Assembly (NCBI GenBank): GCA_046758505.1
Contig: JBHIAH010000046.1
Location: forward strand, 1 to 20,422
DNA: 20,422 nucleotides
Origin: Candidatus Methylomirabilales bacterium
Lineage (GTDB): Bacteria > Methylomirabilota > Methylomirabilia > Methylomirabilales > CSP1-5
Direction of reading: 5' to 3'
The notes beneath the pieces are model-generated. The model had not been told where the DNA came from, made no database searches, and saw only the letters and a list, made by a program, of their open reading frames with translations. Made by a program: the position numbers and the translations under genes. This document shows positions 8,243 through 17,400 of the stretch, one piece after another. Within the stretch, counting starts at the first letter, position 1. Each line of letters begins with the position of its first letter.

Positions 8243-8803
8243 ATGGGCGAGTCAACGATGGAGACTCTGGCGCGAGGGCTGGAGCGCGTGGAGCGCGAGA
8301 ATCGCCGCCTGAAGAAGATGGGACTGGCGGCCCTCGCCGGGGTCGTTGCTCTGGTGCTGATGGGGCAGGCCCGGCCGACACCTCGCGTCATCAGAGCTGT
8401 TCAGATTGAGGCCACACGTTTCGTCCTGAGCAATCCCCGGGGAAAAGTGCTGGGCGGATTCGAGATTCGACGGGACGGGACACCGATGCTGTTTCTTGAT
8501 CACGCGGTAGGCAGGAGAAGAGCGCCAGGGTTCATGGTGGCCGTGCAAGACAACATGATGAGCGTCAACCTCTTTGCTCATGACAGCAAGCATCAGGTAG
8601 CTATCGCTGCGGATAAGATAATTCTCAAAGGCAGCAGCGGGGAAGACCGTGTTGTGGTCCTGGCCCACAAGAAAGGGATTCCCCTGGTGGCGTTGAACGA
8701 CAAAGATGAAAATCACCGGGCCATGTTGCTTGTCACTCCAGACGGTGAGCCTTTCCTGGCATTCCGGACAAAGGATGGGAAGACCTTCTGGAGCGCCCCC
8801 TAG
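8243..8803 (+). CDS. Membrane-anchored hypothetical protein (coiled coil, one TM, beta-rich exported domain)
   Basis: AGGAGG RBS; LERVERENRRLK coiled coil, hydrophobic helix, then repeated beta-hairpin-like units (FVL.N..GK, LNDKDEN.R, FRTKDGK). Confidence 0.82.
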   Translation: MGESTMETLARGLERVERENRRLKKMGLAALAGVVALVLMGQARPTPRVIRAVQIEATRFVLSNPRGKVLGGFEIRRDGTPMLFLDHAVGRRRAPGFMVAVQDNMMSVNLFAHDSKHQVAIAADKIILKGSSGEDRVVVLAHKKGIPLVALNDKDENHRAMLLVTPDGEPFLAFRTKDGKTFWSAP

Positions 8804-8975
8804 CGGAAAAGAGAAAGGGATGGATTCGCGTCGCCGCTCGACGTATCGCGCCAGAAACGGACCACACGCGGTGGCTCGGATGTGGTGACCGGGATGCTCG
8901 TGTGATCGAATGCGTGTGGTCCATGTCGAGCTGTAATTCCGTTCCCCATGCCCAGGTGAGGTGAGGAGGAGGGCT

Positions 8976-9293
8976 GTGGACCCTGTGGAGAAACTGTCGC
9001 GCATGGAATCGCGGGTGAAGGCCTATCTGGAGGCACGATACCCCCTAGGGTGTACGATCGCGCCGCATGGAGGTTTCATGCCGTGTCACGTGCGATTGGA
9101 AGTGTGCAGTCCAGACGGCCGGCGCGGGCCCACCCTGGTTTTGCCGGAAGAATTCGCCGATCACGGGGACGAGATTGAGCGAGAGCTCGACTCACGGGAT
9201 GTCATGGGCGTCATGGCGAGAGCGGGGAGAGGCACCGTGATCGTCCCCAAGTTCGGGCCGCCGGTGATCGAGCCCGGAGGAGAAAAGGAATGA
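8976..9293 (+). CDS. Hypothetical protein (about 105 aa)
   Basis: Strong GAGGAGGAGG RBS before GTG 8976; protein-like composition; no family recognised. Confidence 0.6.
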   Translation: MDPVEKLSRMESRVKAYLEARYPLGCTIAPHGGFMPCHVRLEVCSPDGRRGPTLVLPEEFADHGDEIERELDSRDVMGVMARAGRGTVIVPKFGPPVIEPGGEKE

Positions 9294-9411
9294 GAAGTGC
9301 CGGTGCGAGCCGGTGTCGATTGTCCCGATGTGGTGATTATCTTCCCCTGCGATGTTGTTCCCCGGACGTGGTCCCACCTCCGCGGATTCGCGCGGTATTC
9401 ACAGAAGTTCC

Positions 9412-10614
9412 CTACGGCCGCGGCCGCCCGATCTGAAACTTTTGTCGTGCGGCGATGGTATTGAGAGCGGCACGGGCGCGTGCTGCGGTCTCCGGCGACG
9501 GATCGAGGTCGAGTGCGTCGAGGAAGTGTTGGTAGGCGGGGGTCGCCTGGCCGAGGGACATCAGATGCACGAGCCCCGCTCCCAGATGGGCTTCGGCGGC
9601 GCCCGGTCCCTGAGGATAGTCGCGCAGGTGGCGTCGATAGACAATGAGCGCGGCACGATGGTGTCCGGCGCGCTCGAGCCATTCGGCCAGTGCAAGCGAG
9701 TCTGCCGGCATCAGGACGCCTCGCGTCTCGTCCGGGGCGAGGGCAAAGTACATCTTGGCCGCATCAGGAAAGTCGCCAGAGGCCAGCGCTCGCGCGATGG
9801 CGTGGGCGGGGATTTCAGCACTCTCCGGGGTAGGGTGTACCCTCCGGCGATACTCGTGCGGGCGTGCGGTGATCTCCTGTCGTTTCATGAACCACGCGAC
9901 GCCCACCCCCGCCAGGAAGCCCCCGATGTGGGCGCCATGGGCAATCCCCCCGCCGTCCATGCCGCGCGTGATGAGAAACGGCAGCAGGTTGTCCACCAGC
10001 AGGTAGAAGCCGAGCACGAGGCGCGCTGGGACCGTGATCACGTTGACGAAAAAGGGGAAGAAAACAAAGAGCAGCCGAACCGTATTCCGCGGAAACCAGA
10101 CGAAATAGAAGCCCAACACACCCGAAATGGCGCCGGACGCCCCGATCAGCGGCAGGGGCGAACCGAGGGCAAAGAGCGTGTGAAACACCGTGGCTGCCAC
10201 CCCCGTTGCCAGATACCAGAACAGAAAGGGCAGTCGGCCCAAGCGGTGCTCCACGTTGTCGCCGTAAATCCAGAGAAAGAGCATGTTCCCAAAGAGGTGG
10301 AGGAAACCGGCGTGGAGAAACATGGCCGTGAAGAGCGAGGCCACGTGTGGGGCTGCCGGTTGGAAGCCGTACCGAAACACGAAGAGATCGTACGCGGACG
10401 TGTGACGGATCAACTCTTCCACTGGGACGGGGCGTGGCAGGCTCGGCGCTACGATGCGCAGATACTCCCAGAGTGCCGGGTCATTCGGGTCGGGCGCCCG
10501 CCCACTGAGGGGCAGGGTGATGAGCACGAAGACGGCACAGTTCACCAGGATGAGGGCATACGTGAGGAAAGGCGTCCCACGTGGATTGGGGGCATCGCCC
10601 AGGGGGAGGATCAT
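9412..10614 (-). CDS. Rhomboid intramembrane serine protease with C-terminal TPR-like domain
   Basis: MILPLGD start, TAMFLHAGFLHLFGNMLFLWIYGDNVE, catalytic GASG and AHIGG, then YRRHLRDYPQGPGAAEAH TPR-like helices. Confidence 0.93.
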   Translation of the reverse strand: MILPLGDAPNPRGTPFLTYALILVNCAVFVLITLPLSGRAPDPNDPALWEYLRIVAPSLPRPVPVEELIRHTSAYDLFVFRYGFQPAAPHVASLFTAMFLHAGFLHLFGNMLFLWIYGDNVEHRLGRLPFLFWYLATGVAATVFHTLFALGSPLPLIGASGAISGVLGFYFVWFPRNTVRLLFVFFPFFVNVITVPARLVLGFYLLVDNLLPFLITRGMDGGGIAHGAHIGGFLAGVGVAWFMKRQEITARPHEYRRRVHPTPESAEIPAHAIARALASGDFPDAAKMYFALAPDETRGVLMPADSLALAEWLERAGHHRAALIVYRRHLRDYPQGPGAAEAHLGAGLVHLMSLGQATPAYQHFLDALDLDPSPETAARARAALNTIAARQKFQIGRPRP

Positions 10615-11023
10615 GGCTGGCGCTCCGTGCGCGGGGCGAGCTCGCTTCTCAGGCTGCCATCCGGCCTCTGCGAGCGGGAGTCCGAGTCCGCGGAATCCGA
10701 AGACCGCGCGATCCGCATCGTTGAGATCTGTGGACCTGGCGTTACCCCGACCGGGAAGATGGGTGACGCGACCAGAATAGGCTGTCCGAGGGGGCCGAGA
10801 CGTGAGGGGAGCGTAACAGAGGTGCGGTCGGATTGCAAGGGCTGACCCCGATCCGTAACGCCCGCGCCATGTGACAAACTGTCCGTCCCCAAGAGACCTC
10901 CTGTCAATATGGCGGGGTTTTCCCACCTCCCGGGAGCCAGATTCGTGTGAGCGTAGGGCGGCATGAGGAAGTCGAGATAGGGAATTCAAGGGCTTGCCTC
11001 GTTGGTGTCACCGCACGCTTTTT

Positions 11024-11039
11024 TGGCACAGTTGTCGCT
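11024..11039 (+). promoter_or_regulatory. Sigma-54 -24/-12 promoter
   Basis: TGGCACA-GTTG-TCGCT upstream of the REC-PilZ gene. Confidence 0.65.
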
Positions 11040-11215
11040 CTTGGTATGCTCGGGGAAAGGCCGTTCGGGCTTCATTGGTCGATTCAGAGCCTCATGTGGC
11101 GCGCTCCAGCCGACCTTTCCCTTCTCGGCAATGCGGGCCAAGGGGGGCATGCCACCGGGCCACATGTGGAGCGGGGTCACACGCGTCGTGGCCGACCGCT
11201 TCTTTGGGGGTATGG

Positions 11216-11956
11216 ATGCGGAAGCGCCCGATCCTGGTTGTTGACGACGATCCCCGGACCCGGGAGCTCGTCGCTGCCATTCTCACGATCGCGGGATTCG
11301 AGGTCCGCTCGGCTGCTGACGGGGCATCGGGGATCGAACAGGCCCGCGTGGCGCAGCCCGCCACCATCCTCCTCGATATGATGATGCCTGGCATGGACGG
11401 GATCGACACGTTGCAGCGCCTGAAAGGGGATCCCGTCCTCGCGGATATCCCCGTCGTTGGCATGACGGCCTCGACAGACGTGACCTACACGGGAAAGGCC
11501 TTCCGCGCCGGAGCCGACTTCTTCGTGGCGAAACCTTTCAGTCGGACGAGCCTCGTCCGCGTGGTGGAGCTGGCCGTGGAGAAGGTCAAGCGGGGAACCC
11601 CGATGCGTCATCACCGCCGCTATCCTCGTTTTCAGGCCGGGGTCGCTGTCCGGTGTGTGGTGGGTACCGATGTGCGGTCGTCCCGGGAGGTCTCAGCCAC
11701 GACGAGCAACGTGAGTCTTGGCGGCCTGATGCTTTTGCTGCCCGAAGAGCTGGCACCGGGGACCGTGTGTGGTCTCCGGCTCGCGCTCCCCGAGCGGACA
11801 GTTCCTGCCGAGGGGAAAGTGGTGTGGCAAGACCCCGGGCTGATGGTCGACGGAAGGCTCCGGCATGGGATTCAGTTTCTCCGCTTTGGCAACGACTCCA
11901 GCCTCGTGGGGTACAGACGCTACCTCAGCCAGATAGCCGTGGGTGGAGCGCTGTAG
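11216..11956 (+). CDS. Response regulator: receiver domain plus C-terminal PilZ domain
   Basis: ILVVDDD, LLDMMMPGMDG (phospho-Asp), MTA and KPF; PilZ motifs RRYPR and NVSLGG are intact. Confidence 0.92.
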   Translation: MRKRPILVVDDDPRTRELVAAILTIAGFEVRSAADGASGIEQARVAQPATILLDMMMPGMDGIDTLQRLKGDPVLADIPVVGMTASTDVTYTGKAFRAGADFFVAKPFSRTSLVRVVELAVEKVKRGTPMRHHRRYPRFQAGVAVRCVVGTDVRSSREVSATTSNVSLGGLMLLLPEELAPGTVCGLRLALPERTVPAEGKVVWQDPGLMVDGRLRHGIQFLRFGNDSSLVGYRRYLSQIAVGGAL

Positions 11957-12161
11957 GTGCGCCCGCCGCGCCAGAACCGCTGCTCCCCTCCTTCCCGCTC
12001 AGGATCTCGATCATTCCATTGATCAGCGGCACGAACCATAGCGAGGTCTCAGACACGGTACCCCCGTGCGAGAGACCCGAAGAGATCCGGAGGGCACCTC
12101 CACGGGCCCCTTGAGGGGATCCCTGAGCCTGGAGGGACAAAGGGGAACCTGCACTGCGTCC

Positions 12162-12191
12162 TTGACACCCACCGCACCTCGGCCATATGCT
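12162..12191 (+). promoter_or_regulatory. Possible sigma-70 promoter of the CBS-BON gene
   Basis: TTGACA-N18-TATGCT. Confidence 0.45.
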
Positions 12192-12363
12192 AGAAAAAAT
12201 CGGTTCGCGAGGCGTGCACGGAGACGGCTGGAAGCAACGGACCCCGGGGGTGGCAGGCGCGCTCGTCGAGGCGTGCGGGGGATCGTCGGAAGCCGTGCGG
12301 GGTTGCACGGGCGCCCTACAGGGCTTTTGCTTTCCTCGGGAGGCGGACGCCGAGAGGGGGAGC

Positions 12364-13056
12364 ATGCTGGCACGGGATGTGATGACGCACGAGGTGGTTA
12401 CGGCCACGCCGGAGATGCCGGTGGAAGCTCTCACGCGGCTCCTGCTGGAGAAGGGGGTGAGCGCGGTCCCGGTCGTGGGGGCCGACGGCGCGGTCCTGGG
12501 GGTGGCGAGCGAGGCCGACCTGGTCCGTCGGTTGCGCGGTCCCCAGCGTCGCAAATGGTGGCTGGCCTTCCTGGTCGACCGGGAGGCGATGGCGCGGGAC
12601 TTTGTCCGAAGCCACGGGAAGCGCGTGGGGGACGTGATGAACCAGCCGGCGGTGACCGTCACGGAAGAGACCCCGGTCGAGGAGATCGCCCGGGTGCTCG
12701 AGGAGCACAGGATCAAGCGGGTGCCGGTCGTCCGCGACGACCGTCTCGTCGGGATCGTGAGCCGTCGGGACCTGGTCCGTGCTCTCGCCATGCGCCCCGC
12801 AGCCGCCCCGGTTGGAGGGTCTCTGACCGACGCGGAGATCGATCGCCAGGTCTCTGAGGAGCTCAGGCGTGTCGAATGGCTGGAGTGGCCGTCCGTGCAG
12901 GTCACGGTGGCTGACGGGCTCGTGCGGCTGGTGGGCTTCGTCACCCACACTGAGGTCCGCCGGGCCCTGCGGGTCCTGGTTGAGAATATCCCCGGTGTTC
13001 GGGGAGTGGAGGACCAGCTACGGGTCCGCCGGCGCATGCCCACCACTGAGCTCTGA
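12364..13056 (+). CDS. CBS-pair protein with C-terminal BON domain
   Basis: ARDVMT..V...SAVPVV...LGVASEADL; IKRVPVV...LVGIVSRRDL; D.EI...V..EL...V.V.DG.V.L.G...ENIPGVRGVEDQL. Confidence 0.93.
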   Translation: MLARDVMTHEVVTATPEMPVEALTRLLLEKGVSAVPVVGADGAVLGVASEADLVRRLRGPQRRKWWLAFLVDREAMARDFVRSHGKRVGDVMNQPAVTVTEETPVEEIARVLEEHRIKRVPVVRDDRLVGIVSRRDLVRALAMRPAAAPVGGSLTDAEIDRQVSEELRRVEWLEWPSVQVTVADGLVRLVGFVTHTEVRRALRVLVENIPGVRGVEDQLRVRRRMPTTEL

Positions 13057-13370
13057 GGGGCGCGGCAACCGCCCCGTGCGGCAGCATGGGGATCTGGCGC
13101 CAAGACACGGTTGGCCAGAAGGGGTGTCACAGGTTTTCGGTCGATCGCTGAGCCTGCCCGGTCCGGACTGCCCCGCTATTCCGGCGGTATCGTTCTAAGA
13201 TCGCCCAGTTCCAATCACTCAGCCTCGCCGCATCGGCTTCCGGACATGGCCCGGTTTCTTGTTGGTCCGTGTGGATACGCCGCTCCGCGGGGAGCTGGAG
13301 CGGCCCGACCGACTTCGCCGGGACATGAAGAGATCCTCGCCTGGTGCTGCACCACCCAACACAGAAGCAG

Positions 13371-13481
13371 TCAGCGGTCTCTTGTCAGCTATCAACCTAT
13401 TTCGAATTTGAAAAACGAGGGGCGCTCCTACAAAATTCCAAATCCGCAATTCCAAATCCGAAATACTTGAAGCTGACCGCT
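13371..13481. repeat. About 110-bp imperfect palindrome built from heptamer repeats
   Basis: TCAGCT (13385-90)/AGCTGA (13471-76); TATTTCGAATTTG (13398-410)/CAAATCCGAAATA (13453-65) pair at 12 of 13 positions; internal tandem AATTCCA-AATCCGC-AATTCCA-AATCCGA. Confidence 0.65.
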
Positions 13482-13558
13482 ACCCGTACGGGGCAGGCCC
13501 CCCCTCGGTGCCCCTGGCTGTATCGTGTGAATCTGAGGAGCAATGGGTTGGCTGGGTC

Positions 13559-13714
13559 CTAGAACACGAAGAGCATCAGGCAGAGAAGGGGGAACCCCAC
13601 CAGGTAGAGTAGGCTTCCGGAAGAATAAGGGATAAAGAGGGATACGAGCCCAAATGCAGTGCAGCCGACTGCAGCCCATAGGATGAGATTGCGAAAAAGC
13701 GTCACGAGTTTCAT
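13559..13714 (-). CDS. Small 2-TM membrane protein (51 aa), absent from the ORF track
   Basis: MKLVTLFRNLILWAAVGCTAFGLVSLFIPYSSGSLLYLVGFPLLCLMLFVF*; GGAAGG RBS; strong sigma-54 promoter upstream. Confidence 0.7.
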   Translation of the reverse strand: MKLVTLFRNLILWAAVGCTAFGLVSLFIPYSSGSLLYLVGFPLLCLMLFVF

Positions 13715-13758
13715 TGATGGCCTTCCGTCGTAGTTGATTGTCCTGGGAAGCCGGACCG

Positions 13759-13774
13759 TGCAACATGAATGCCA
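13759..13774 (-). promoter_or_regulatory. Sigma-54 -24/-12 promoter
   Basis: Minus strand reads TGGCATT-CATG-TTGCA. Confidence 0.8.
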
Positions 13775-14208
13775 AGTGCTGGTCTCGTTCGGTGCGTCTC
13801 AGGGCAGAGAAGGTCCCTCCAAGCCCGGGGGCGACCTCCGGGAATGTGTTCTCGCCGATCCTCCACGCGGAGGGGGCCCCGCGGGACGTCCTGATCCCAA
13901 GGGGGGTCGTCCTGAGGAGGGAGGAGGTGCCGGAAAAGCTCTGTCTGCTTCAAGGCTGATCCGTTTCGCCTTGTGCGGGTGACAGCCTTTTGAGCAGGCG
14001 ATATCCAGGGTCCCCTTCACCGGGCGGGACCGGGAGCGAGCTTGCCCTCGCGAGCGGGAAAGTGTTAGTGTGGACGATGCCTGGGTGCGATCCCGTCCAC
14101 GCGGACCTGCCTCTTCGGGAATCGGGACGGCTTTGCGGTCCTGTTCTGGTGCTTCGCATGTGCGGAAGGACGGGTCGAGAAGCTTCTGACGTTCACCGAC
14201 GAGCGGAT

Positions 14209-14688
14209 ATGCGCACGAAGCGGCTTTTCGGGTTGATTATGCTCGTCGTGCTTGGGCTCGGGAGGATGAGTGTCGCAGACCCCTTGTATACCTGGGTCCA
14301 AGTGGTCGAGCGCGGGATGCCCGACTTTAACGATCAGGCGGTGGCCGGGAAGGGGTATATCGCAACTATTCCTCTGCACCTGTCCTTCCCGTCCGGGGTG
14401 CACGTGGTGTTCGTGTTCGTAAAGCATCAGGGACACACGTACGCGGTGTACCACCACGGCCAGACGAAGGATGTGGTCGGCATTGGTCGGCTCGATTGGG
14501 ACCCTGCCTGGCCCCAGGGAATGCACTTCTACGAGTTCTACGTTGATACCGGGTTACTCGAAGGCCACGCACTCACGGGCCGGTTCCTGTACATGGGGGA
14601 CAGTGATCGCATCTTCGAGGGGATGTGCCGCATCGCACAGTTGTCGAATGAGGCACGCCCGCACGCTGATTGTCCCGGACCTGTCTGA
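14209..14688 (+). CDS. Secreted hypothetical protein (159 aa), paralog B
   Basis: Signal peptide MRTKRLFGLIMLVVLGLGRMSVA; same length as, and collinear with, 7264-7743. Confidence 0.85.
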   Translation: MRTKRLFGLIMLVVLGLGRMSVADPLYTWVQVVERGMPDFNDQAVAGKGYIATIPLHLSFPSGVHVVFVFVKHQGHTYAVYHHGQTKDVVGIGRLDWDPAWPQGMHFYEFYVDTGLLEGHALTGRFLYMGDSDRIFEGMCRIAQLSNEARPHADCPGPV

Positions 14689-14985
14689 TTCATCCCGTTC
14701 CCACGCCACCTCGGGGCCGCTCTGGTGTTGCACGCCTCACGCCGGGGATTTCCAACATCCGCTTTCCATCTGCGCATTGTGCCCCGACGCCGTTGTGCAT
14801 TCTGATACCATACGCCCCGGGATGTTCCGGCTGAAGAACGATCGATCGCCCCGACCTTTCCTCGCACGAATCATGGTCGCTATCTCTGCGTTCCATGAAG
14901 GCCTGCGTCGTCCGGGTGGCGCGGGAATGGCTGAGGCGGGAGGCGAAACAACCCCGGGAGAAGACATACCATAGGCGCCGAGAGG

Positions 14986-15321
14986 ATGAAGCACCTCACC
15001 TTCAACATCAAGGCGCAAATCGCCTTCTATGGCACGGGGCTGTTTATTGCCGTTACGATCATCGCCCTGCGGTACGAGAAGATCCCGAGCGCATGGATAG
15101 TCCTCTCCCTGTGGGCGCTCGGCGTCGCGATTGTTGGCCTGAGCGCATTAGGGGCGGGGCTTGCCGCGGTGAGAATCGTGGAGGTGAAAGTCCCCCAGGA
15201 GGGTGCGACGGTGGAGGAACGCGTGGCGTGGAGGACAGAGGTTGACAAGCTTATCGTCATTGTCTGCATGGTCCTCATCAGTGTATGCCTCTTCTCGTTG
15301 GTCGGCTGGTACATGCGGTGA
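14986..15321 (+). CDS. Hypothetical 3-TM membrane protein
   Basis: Three clear hydrophobic segments; purine-rich GAGAGG just upstream of the ATG. Confidence 0.7.
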   Translation: MKHLTFNIKAQIAFYGTGLFIAVTIIALRYEKIPSAWIVLSLWALGVAIVGLSALGAGLAAVRIVEVKVPQEGATVEERVAWRTEVDKLIVIVCMVLISVCLFSLVGWYMR

Positions 15322-15814
15322 CCGTGTTGATGACTCTTACTGAAGAGCAGCGGCCGCGTCTGCGTGTGGCTCACCCGAACCATTGGGCCGTCTCGCTAAT
15401 TAGAAGGTCATGGCAGGACGTATAGCGGGATTCGTTGCCGATGGTCCACATGAGGATATCATCCGGCGAGGAAGATAGGAGATAGAAGCGAACGGGATCC
15501 CTCAGATCAGTCGGGCTCTTTAGAAAGGCTTGCCGACGCCTTAGGCGGATTAGGCAAGACCGACACGAGCCTTCAACGCCTCGGCCGGGGGGAGGGTCGG
15601 CCGGTGTAGCCCGGATCGGAGTTGGCCGTTGGGTCGGGGTATTGATGAAGCGTGGGGAGGAGCAGTGTGGCGGATTCGGCCCCCTGGCCGCTGACCTGCT
15701 GATCGATTTTCGTTCGACCTCCCCACGTCTTTTAGGACAGTACGCGTCGCACATTCACCTGATAATCCCTTCCTGTCCAATAGTCACGCCTGTTTCCATC
15801 TACTGATCATCCGC

Positions 15815-15830
15815 TGGAACAGCTCTTGCA
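15815..15830 (+). promoter_or_regulatory. Sigma-54 -24/-12 promoter
   Basis: TGGAACA-GCTC-TTGCA. Confidence 0.75.
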
Positions 15831-15905
15831 AACGCGCAGACCCGTTGAGCTTACCACTGGGGCCGGCTGGACCTCGTTGTTCACCAAACAGAGGAGGAGA
15901 AGAAG

Positions 15906-16031
15906 ATGGCCACTGTCGCGAGGTGCTCGAACTGCAGGCGGACCTACATGGTTCTCGGTCAGCATTCCCGCACGATGATGGCCGTGTGGGTCTGTCCGCG
16001 GTGCAAGCGCGGGCGCAACTTGCCGCGTTAG
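15906..16031 (+). CDS. Zinc-ribbon microprotein (41 aa), absent from the ORF track
   Basis: MATVARCSNCRRTYMVLGQHSRTMMAVWVCPRCKRGRNLPR*; GAGGAGG RBS; sigma-54 promoter upstream. Confidence 0.72.
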   Translation: MATVARCSNCRRTYMVLGQHSRTMMAVWVCPRCKRGRNLPR

Positions 16032-16093
16032 GAATCCCCTGAGAATGCCATCTTGAGTCTGCCGGGGGACCGGCGGATGTGCCGGGAATCGGG

Positions 16094-16930
16094 CTACCGA
16101 TCCGAGCCCGACCCCCCTCCCCCTCCTTTGCGCGTCCCCTGTGGCGTGGACCTCCCGCCTCTCCCCCGGACCTTCAGATCCTCCAGATACCTGAAGGCCG
16201 TCCCTCCTTCCTCCTTCAGATAGAAGGCCTGGAGGGAAAGTCCTCTTGCCCTCTCCAGGATGCGCATGGGCACTGCGATGGAAACATACGCCTCAGCGCC
16301 TGGTGGGAGGTGCGTGGGCGTCACAGAAAGCCGGATCTTCTGAAGTGGCCCACTGATCCCTGTGATCTTTCCCAAGAGGACAACCTCTGAAAGAGTCGCG
16401 CGCCCTCCATTGACCAGGCGGAGTAAGATCACCCGAAGATTTCCGGACCTCTCCACCATCCCGGCTGGTTCCACTCGGAGCGTCCCTGTTCCCCGGAGGA
16501 GGCGGGCAGGAGTCGGCCGTGGCCGCAGGGGAAAGGAATAGACCAGGCGCTTCAAAGGAGGGTCGGCAAGCGGGAAGCCCAGAACCTCCTCCAGGAACAT
16601 GTGAAGCTCCAGGTGGTGGGCTTCCGGCACCAGCATCGACGGAATCCGAGCCCGGATCAACTCCACATCCTCCCGTTCCAGGCGGCCGAGCGTCGTGACG
16701 GGACGCAGGAGTTCAATTCGCCGACCGATCTGGTCGAAGACGTGCACCTCGACGCGGCGGAGGTCCCAGCGATCCACAGAGGCGTTCTGTAATTCGTAGA
16801 CTACAGAGAGCCCTTCCGCCTGTCTCTGTTGCCTGACCTCTCGGACACGGATGTTTATAGCCTCGGCCTCTCGGGGTCCCAGCATCCCCAAGAGCACTAA
16901 GCCGATGAGAGTCGCTATGAGCGTTCGCAT
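16094..16930 (-). CDS. Secreted hypothetical protein, probably two tandem Ig-like beta domains
   Basis: Signal peptide ending AEA; GGGGGTG RBS; two beta-rich halves (VVYELQN...; LLRLVN...LPPG). Confidence 0.78.
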   Translation of the reverse strand: MRTLIATLIGLVLLGMLGPREAEAINIRVREVRQQRQAEGLSVVYELQNASVDRWDLRRVEVHVFDQIGRRIELLRPVTTLGRLEREDVELIRARIPSMLVPEAHHLELHMFLEEVLGFPLADPPLKRLVYSFPLRPRPTPARLLRGTGTLRVEPAGMVERSGNLRVILLRLVNGGRATLSEVVLLGKITGISGPLQKIRLSVTPTHLPPGAEAYVSIAVPMRILERARGLSLQAFYLKEEGGTAFRYLEDLKVRGRGGRSTPQGTRKGGGGGSGSDR

Positions 16931-17346
16931 TGTGTCACCCCCCTTGAACGGACGAAACCCCCCGTACTGACCATTGGTATCCCGAACCGGAAGAATCCGT
17001 TCTTCCAGATGGAACGACGGAAGATGCAAAAAATAAAACGCCCTCGCGGGCCGTACTGTGCCCGGGAGGGCGTCTGAATGCTTTGTGCGGCAAGGCTTGT
17101 GTCGGAGCTGGGCCGTGAACTATGCTCACCCCGGTTCCATGGTTGCGCTATCTACTGGGGGCTCACCGCTCTCCCAACGGGCAGGTACCAACGCGACAAC
17201 CCGAAGAGTCGCCTGGAGCTACCTCTCTTCTACCGCGATAGGCCTACCCCCTGTCAAGGCCGAACCGCAGTTGGCTCAGGGGAGAGAGCCTCAGACGCCT
17301 TGCCCAACGTCACAATTCCAGACCGAACCCTGCCCTCCCTCACGAT

Positions 17347-17362
17347 TGGCACAGAGGTTGCT
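17347..17362 (+). promoter_or_regulatory. Sigma-54 -24/-12 promoter
   Basis: TGGCACA-GAGG-TTGCT, near-perfect consensus. Confidence 0.85.
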
Positions 17363-17400
17363 ATTGCACCCCCCGCTCTGCATGACACATGGGGACTTTG

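Noticed and set aside
9352..10845. 497-aa plus-strand ORF, and similar long ORFs at 11925-13130(-), 1241-2092(-), 6518-7264(+), 8252-9004(-)
   Set aside because: Antisense shadows of well-supported genes in high-GC DNA; Arg/Gly/Pro-rich with no motifs.
10615..10989. Long N-terminal extensions in the ORF track (rhomboid; likewise cbiX, PilZ, REC-PilZ, CBS-BON, paralog B)
   Set aside because: Family similarity and RBS positions indicate later starts, and several extensions run across promoter motifs.
13433..13464. Tandem repeats as a CRISPR array
   Set aside because: 7-nt units with no spacers and no cas genes.
15371..15754. 127-aa minus-strand ORF
   Set aside because: No convincing RBS or motif and a low-complexity first half; the region is plausibly the upstream regulatory zone of the 15815 promoter.
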